From: Synechococcaceae cyanobacterium ELA445
GTDB lineage: Bacteria; Cyanobacteriota; Cyanobacteriia; PCC-6307; Cyanobiaceae
DNA: 64,000 bases
Direction: 5' to 3'
Assembly: GCA_037134455.1 (NCBI GenBank)
Contig: JBAXME010000005.1
Coordinates: forward strand, 1,159 to 65,158
The notes under the pieces are model-generated. The model saw only the letters and a list, made by a program, of their open reading frames with translations, was not told the DNA's origin and did no database searches. Shown piece by piece: positions 60,129 to 64,000 of this stretch (the first letter of the stretch is position 1; every line of letters begins with the position of its first letter). The translations under genes and the position numbers were made by a program.

Positions 60129-62066
60129 ATGAACCAGCGCTGGCGCCTGATCGCCCTTTGGCTTCTGCCCCTCGCCGTCGCTGCCTTCCTTGGCTGGCAG
60201 GTGCTTGGTCAAGGCGGTGCCGACCGCTTCAGCACAGGTTCCAGCGGAGCCGACTCCTCAAGGGTGGCCAGCCGTAACACCGCCGTCGCCCGCATGAGCT
60301 ACGGCCGATTCCTTGATTACATCAATGCGGGCCGCGTCACGTCCGTCGACATCTACGACGGTGGTCGCAATGCGGTGGTGGAGGCGGTGGACCCCGATCT
60401 GGACAACCGGGTGCAGCGCCTCCGGGTGGATCTGCCAGGCCTGGCTCCTGACCTGATCAACCAACTCAAGGAACAGGGCATCAGCTTCGATGTCCATCCC
60501 CCCCGCGCCACCCCACCCTTGCTGGGGATCCTCGGCAACCTGCTTTTCCCGCTGCTCTTGATCGGCGGCCTGATCCTGTTGGCACGCCGTTCCTCGGGCC
60601 TCCCCGGTGGTCCCGGCCAGGCGATGCAATTTGGTAAGACCAAGGCCCGCTTTGCCATGGAGGCCGAAACGGGCGTCAAGTTCGACGACGTGGCCGGGGT
60701 GGAGGAGGCCAAACAGGATCTTCAGGAGGTGGTCACCTTCCTGAAGACCCCCGAACGCTTCACTTCCGTCGGCGCCAAGATTCCCAAGGGGGTGCTGCTG
60801 GTGGGCCCACCGGGCACAGGCAAGACCCTGCTTGCAAAGGCGATCGCCGGTGAAGCTGGAGTGCCCTTCTTCTCCCTTTCGGGCTCTGAATTCGTGGAGA
60901 TGTTCGTGGGGGTTGGGGCCAGCCGTGTGCGCGACCTGTTCAAGCGGGCCAAGGAGAACAGCCCCTGCCTGATCTTCATCGACGAGATCGATGCGGTAGG
61001 CCGCCAACGCGGGGCCGGCATCGGCGGAGGCAACGATGAGAGGGAGCAGACCCTCAACCAGCTGCTCACTGAGATGGATGGCTTTGAGGGCAATTCCGGC
61101 ATCATCATCATTGCGGCCACCAACCGCGCCGATGTGCTCGATTCAGCCCTGATGCGTCCGGGTCGCTTCGATCGTCAGGTGGGGGTGGATCCTCCGGACA
61201 TCAAGGGACGGCTCTCCATTCTCAACGTCCATTCCCGCAACAAGAAACTGGCGGACGACGTCTCCCTAGAGGCGATTGCACGCCGCACCCCAGGCTTCAC
61301 GGGCGCCGATCTGGCCAACCTGCTCAATGAAGCGGCGATTCTCACCGCCCGGCGCCGCAAGGAGGCCACCACCCTGGCCGAAATCGACGACGCCGTGGAC
61401 CGTGTGATTGCCGGCATGGAGGGTAAGCCCCTCACCGACGGCCGCAGCAAGCGGCTGATTGCCTACCACGAGGTTGGCCACGCCTTGGTGGGAACCCTGG
61501 TGAAGAATCACGACCCTGTTCAGAAGGTCACCTTGATTCCCAGGGGTCAGGCCCAGGGCCTCACCTGGTTTTCCCCCGACGAAGAGCAGATGCTGGTGAG
61601 CAGGGCCCAGCTCAAGGCACGGATCATGGGTGCCCTGGGGGGCCGGGCCGCCGAGGATGTGGTCTTCGGCCACGCGGAGGTAACCACCGGCGCCGGCGGA
61701 GATATCCAGCAGGTGGCCTCGATGGCGCGCCAGATGGTGACCCGCTTCGGCATGAGTGATCTGGGCCCCCTCTCGCTTGAATCCGGCAACCAGGAAGTGT
61801 TTCTCGGTCGCGATCTGATGACCCGCAGCGACGTTTCCGATTCGATCACCAACAAGATCGATGAAGCCGTCCGAGGCATGGTGCAGGTTGCCTACCAGGA
61901 AACCTTCCAGCTGGTGAGCCAGCATCGGGCGGGCATGGATCGGCTGGTGGAACTGCTGATCGAGAAGGAGACCCTCGATGGCGATGAGTTCCGCGCCATC
62001 GTCGCTGAGTTTGCCGACATTCCCGAGAAAGAGCGCTTCTCTCCCTTGCTGGCTGCCAAGGTCTGA
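60129..62066 (+). CDS. ftsH: ATP-dependent zinc metalloprotease FtsH (FtsH2-like)
   Basis: [19 protein letters not shown] and HEVGH; N-terminus resembles Synechocystis FtsH2. Confidence 0.97.
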   Translation: MNQRWRLIALWLLPLAVAAFLGWQVLGQGGADRFSTGSSGADSSRVASRNTAVARMSYGRFLDYINAGRVTSVDIYDGGRNAVVEAVDPDLDNRVQRLRVDLPGLAPDLINQLKEQGISFDVHPPRATPPLLGILGNLLFPLLLIGGLILLARRSSGLPGGPGQAMQFGKTKARFAMEAETGVKFDDVAGVEEAKQDLQEVVTFLKTPERFTSVGAKIPKGVLLVGPPGTGKTLLAKAIAGEAGVPFFSLSGSEFVEMFVGVGASRVRDLFKRAKENSPCLIFIDEIDAVGRQRGAGIGGGNDEREQTLNQLLTEMDGFEGNSGIIIIAATNRADVLDSALMRPGRFDRQVGVDPPDIKGRLSILNVHSRNKKLADDVSLEAIARRTPGFTGADLANLLNEAAILTARRRKEATTLAEIDDAVDRVIAGMEGKPLTDGRSKRLIAYHEVGHALVGTLVKNHDPVQKVTLIPRGQAQGLTWFSPDEEQMLVSRAQLKARIMGALGGRAAEDVVFGHAEVTTGAGGDIQQVASMARQMVTRFGMSDLGPLSLESGNQEVFLGRDLMTRSDVSDSITNKIDEAVRGMVQVAYQETFQLVSQHRAGMDRLVELLIEKETLDGDEFRAIVAEFADIPEKERFSPLLAAKV

Positions 62067-62083
62067 CCGCTGGTTGCCTCAAA

Positions 62084-62139
62084 GATCTCGGCTCTGCCCA
62101 TGCAGAACAGGCAACTGTTCTCTCGAGCAGAGCCAGATC
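62084..62139. repeat. Long imperfect inverted repeat (hairpin) downstream of ftsH
   Basis: GATCT(C)GGCTCTGC pairs with GCAGAGCCAGATC; inner AGAACAG-GCAA-CTGTTCT. Confidence 0.8.
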
Positions 62140-62476
62140 GAGCCGCTGAGCAGATTGACGAACGCTGATCTCCCGGAATGGCTCCAGGAGATGCCTCCTC
62201 GCCACTTCACAGGTGCCAACCCCGCATGGGGGAACTGGGAGAGCTGCCCCGAATAGTCAGGGCCCTAGCCGGCTACAGGTTCAGGAAGTGACCGGGGCTA
62301 AAACCACAGGCTCACCCAATTGTGGTGCTCACGACACCTGGGACCACCTTCCCGAAACCGTGAACGGAGGGTGCGCTGCCACCAGGTGCTCCCTGCTGCT
62401 TGAGGGGAATGGCGATCGTGGCCAAACGCTGCAGGCAAAGGGGGCCGTTTGAGGGAGTTAAGGGGCCACCGGCACC

Positions 62477-63073
62477 TCAGACGGCGCGGATCGGACGCTT
62501 CTCGATCACCTTGTCGATCAGGCCGTAGGCCTGGGCCTCATGGGGGGACATGAAGAAATCCCGGTCCGTGTCCTGCTCAATGCGCTCCAGTGGCTGGCCG
62601 GTGCGATCGGAGAGCTCCTGGTTGAGCTTCGCCTTGAGATAGAGGATTTCGTCGGCCTGGATCCGGATGTCACTGGCCTGACCCCGGGCTCCCCCCAAGG
62701 GCTGGTGAATCATGATGCGGGAATGGTGCAGGCTGCTGCGCTTGCCCTTGGCGCCAGCATTGAGCAGGAAGGCGCCCATGCTTGCCGCCAGACCCACGCA
62801 CACGGTCTGCACATCCGGCTTGATGTGCTGCATCGTGTCGAAGATGCCCAGGCCGTCGTAGACGGAGCCCCCTGGGGAATTGATGTACAGGAAGATGTCC
62901 TTCTCGGGGTCCTCCGCCTCGAGAAAGAGCAGCTGCGCCACGATCCGGTTGGCCGATTCGGCCGTGACGGGCTCGCCCAGGAAGATGATCCGCTCCCGCA
63001 ACAGCCTGGAATAGATGTCGAATGCGCGCTCACCCCGGCCCGACTCTTCAATCACGATCGGGATCATGGACAT
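62477..63073 (-). CDS. clpP: ATP-dependent Clp protease proteolytic subunit
   Basis: [44 protein letters not shown] and IMIHQP; start 63073 or 63067. Confidence 0.97.
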   Translation of the reverse strand: MSMIPIVIEESGRGERAFDIYSRLLRERIIFLGEPVTAESANRIVAQLLFLEAEDPEKDIFLYINSPGGSVYDGLGIFDTMQHIKPDVQTVCVGLAASMGAFLLNAGAKGKRSSLHHSRIMIHQPLGGARGQASDIRIQADEILYLKAKLNQELSDRTGQPLERIEQDTDRDFFMSPHEAQAYGLIDKVIEKRPIRAV

Positions 63074-63143
63074 CGGTGCTTCGGCTCGGCTGATCCTAAC
63101 GAGCGCCTGAGCGCTAGGGTCCACACACCCTTGTCTGAGGAGT

Positions 63144-63908
63144 GTGAGCCCCGCTCTCACCGTTGCTGACAGCAAGCGCGCCTTCCACAGCGCCTTCCCC
63201 CACGTCATCGCTCCGCTCTACCGACGGTTGGTGGACGAGCTCCTTGTGGAGCTCCACCTGCTCAGCCATCAGAAGGGTTTCCAAAGCGATGCCCTCTTCG
63301 CCGCTGGCCTGGTGCAGGTCTTCGACGGCTTCGCCCGCGGCTACCGGCCGCCGGAGCAGAAGGAGCCCCTGTTCGAAGCCCTCTGCACCTCCTCCGGCTT
63401 CAATGCCGTCGAGTTGAGACGTCAACGGGATGCGGCCGTGGCCGCCGTTGGCGACCACGACCTCGAGGAGGTGAAGCATTGGCTTGAGCACCAGGGGCAG
63501 GGGGCACCCGAACCCCTCGGTAGCGCCCTTTCCAGCATCCAGCGCCAGGATTTCCACTACTCCCGCCTGGTGGCCGTCGGACTGCTGAGCCTGCTGGAGA
63601 AGGCAAAAGGGGCCGAGTCGATGGAACCGGAAGCCCTGCGCCAGGCGGCCCACGGGGTCGGAGAAGCCATGGGGCTGATCCGCAGCCGCCTCGACAAGGA
63701 CCTGGGGATCTACGCCACCAACCTTGAGCGGATGGCTCAGGCGGTAGAGCTGATGGAGGAAACGGTGGCCGCCGAGCGGCGGAAACGGGAACGCCTCGCC
63801 ACGGCCCCTGCCACGGAAGGATCCCCCCCGTCCACGGAACCCAGCCCAGGCGACTCCAGCACCGACGCCCTCAGCGGGCCTGCGTCCCCAGCCGCAGGGA
63901 ACCCCTGA
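63144..63908 (+). CDS. psb29: Photosystem II biogenesis protein Psb29/Thf1
   Basis: [10 protein letters not shown]...[24 protein letters not shown] and [15 protein letters not shown]. Confidence 0.92.
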   Translation: MSPALTVADSKRAFHSAFPHVIAPLYRRLVDELLVELHLLSHQKGFQSDALFAAGLVQVFDGFARGYRPPEQKEPLFEALCTSSGFNAVELRRQRDAAVAAVGDHDLEEVKHWLEHQGQGAPEPLGSALSSIQRQDFHYSRLVAVGLLSLLEKAKGAESMEPEALRQAAHGVGEAMGLIRSRLDKDLGIYATNLERMAQAVELMEETVAAERRKRERLATAPATEGSPPSTEPSPGDSSTDALSGPASPAAGNP

Positions 63909-63999
63909 GGCTGGTCGAGTCAGCAGGTTTGTCAGCCCCTCCCCCGCTTCCTCCCACCACGGTCAATTCCCTGGCACGGCGCACCAGCAGGGGCAGATC
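63871..63999 (-). CDS. Possible 3' end of a gene entering from outside the window
   Basis: Open minus frame DLPLLVRRARELTVVGG... ending TGA at 63871, overlapping the psb29 tail. Confidence 0.3.
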   Translation of the reverse strand, partial: DLPLLVRRARELTVVGGSGGGADKPADSTSLRGSLRLGTQAR

Positions 64000-64000
64000 C

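Noticed and set aside
1-64000. CRISPR arrays, IS elements, prophage, rRNA
   Set aside because: No regularly spaced repeats, transposase, integrase, phage or rRNA signatures were seen by eye.
1-64000. The many long overlapping alternative-frame ORFs (for example 46124..47785, 56814..58988, 52621..53895, 6235..7416)
   Set aside because: They are codon-aligned antisense or off-frame shadows of real genes, expected at this GC content, with no recognisable motifs.

Overview
High-GC cyanobacterial chromosome, most likely a picocyanobacterium of the Cyanobium/Synechococcus type, judged from psaK, psb29, cyanobacterial Hfq, FtsH2-type protease, ferredoxins and HIP1 sites. About 65 CDS, mostly core housekeeping (cobN, hemJ, uvrC, leuS, pgi, argC, ribBA, dnaK/dnaJ, pstCAB, htpG, dxs, ilvA, pyk, ftsH, clpP), and one tRNA-Ser(GGA). 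No CRISPR array, rRNA, integrase or transposase was seen. The best candidate for an undescribed system is an accessory-looking block at about 41.8-47.2 kb. It holds a probable operon of a MocD-like di-iron desaturase/oxygenase, a MetX-like alpha/beta hydrolase and a GlnT/GmaS-type gamma-glutamyl-amine ligase, preceded by an NtcA-like box. It is flanked by a Tat-exported purple-acid-phosphatase-like enzyme and an MDR oxidoreductase. Other points of interest: an unannotated frmA (formaldehyde dehydrogenase) pseudogene relic between leuS and pgi, a Cys4 tail on DapF, a lysozyme/SLT-like hypothetical, a probable CTG start for ribBA, a stand-alone HD-GYP protein, a Pho-box-like repeat before pstC, and a structured 410-bp gap between ftsH and clpP. 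All family calls come from motif recognition by eye; no database search was run.
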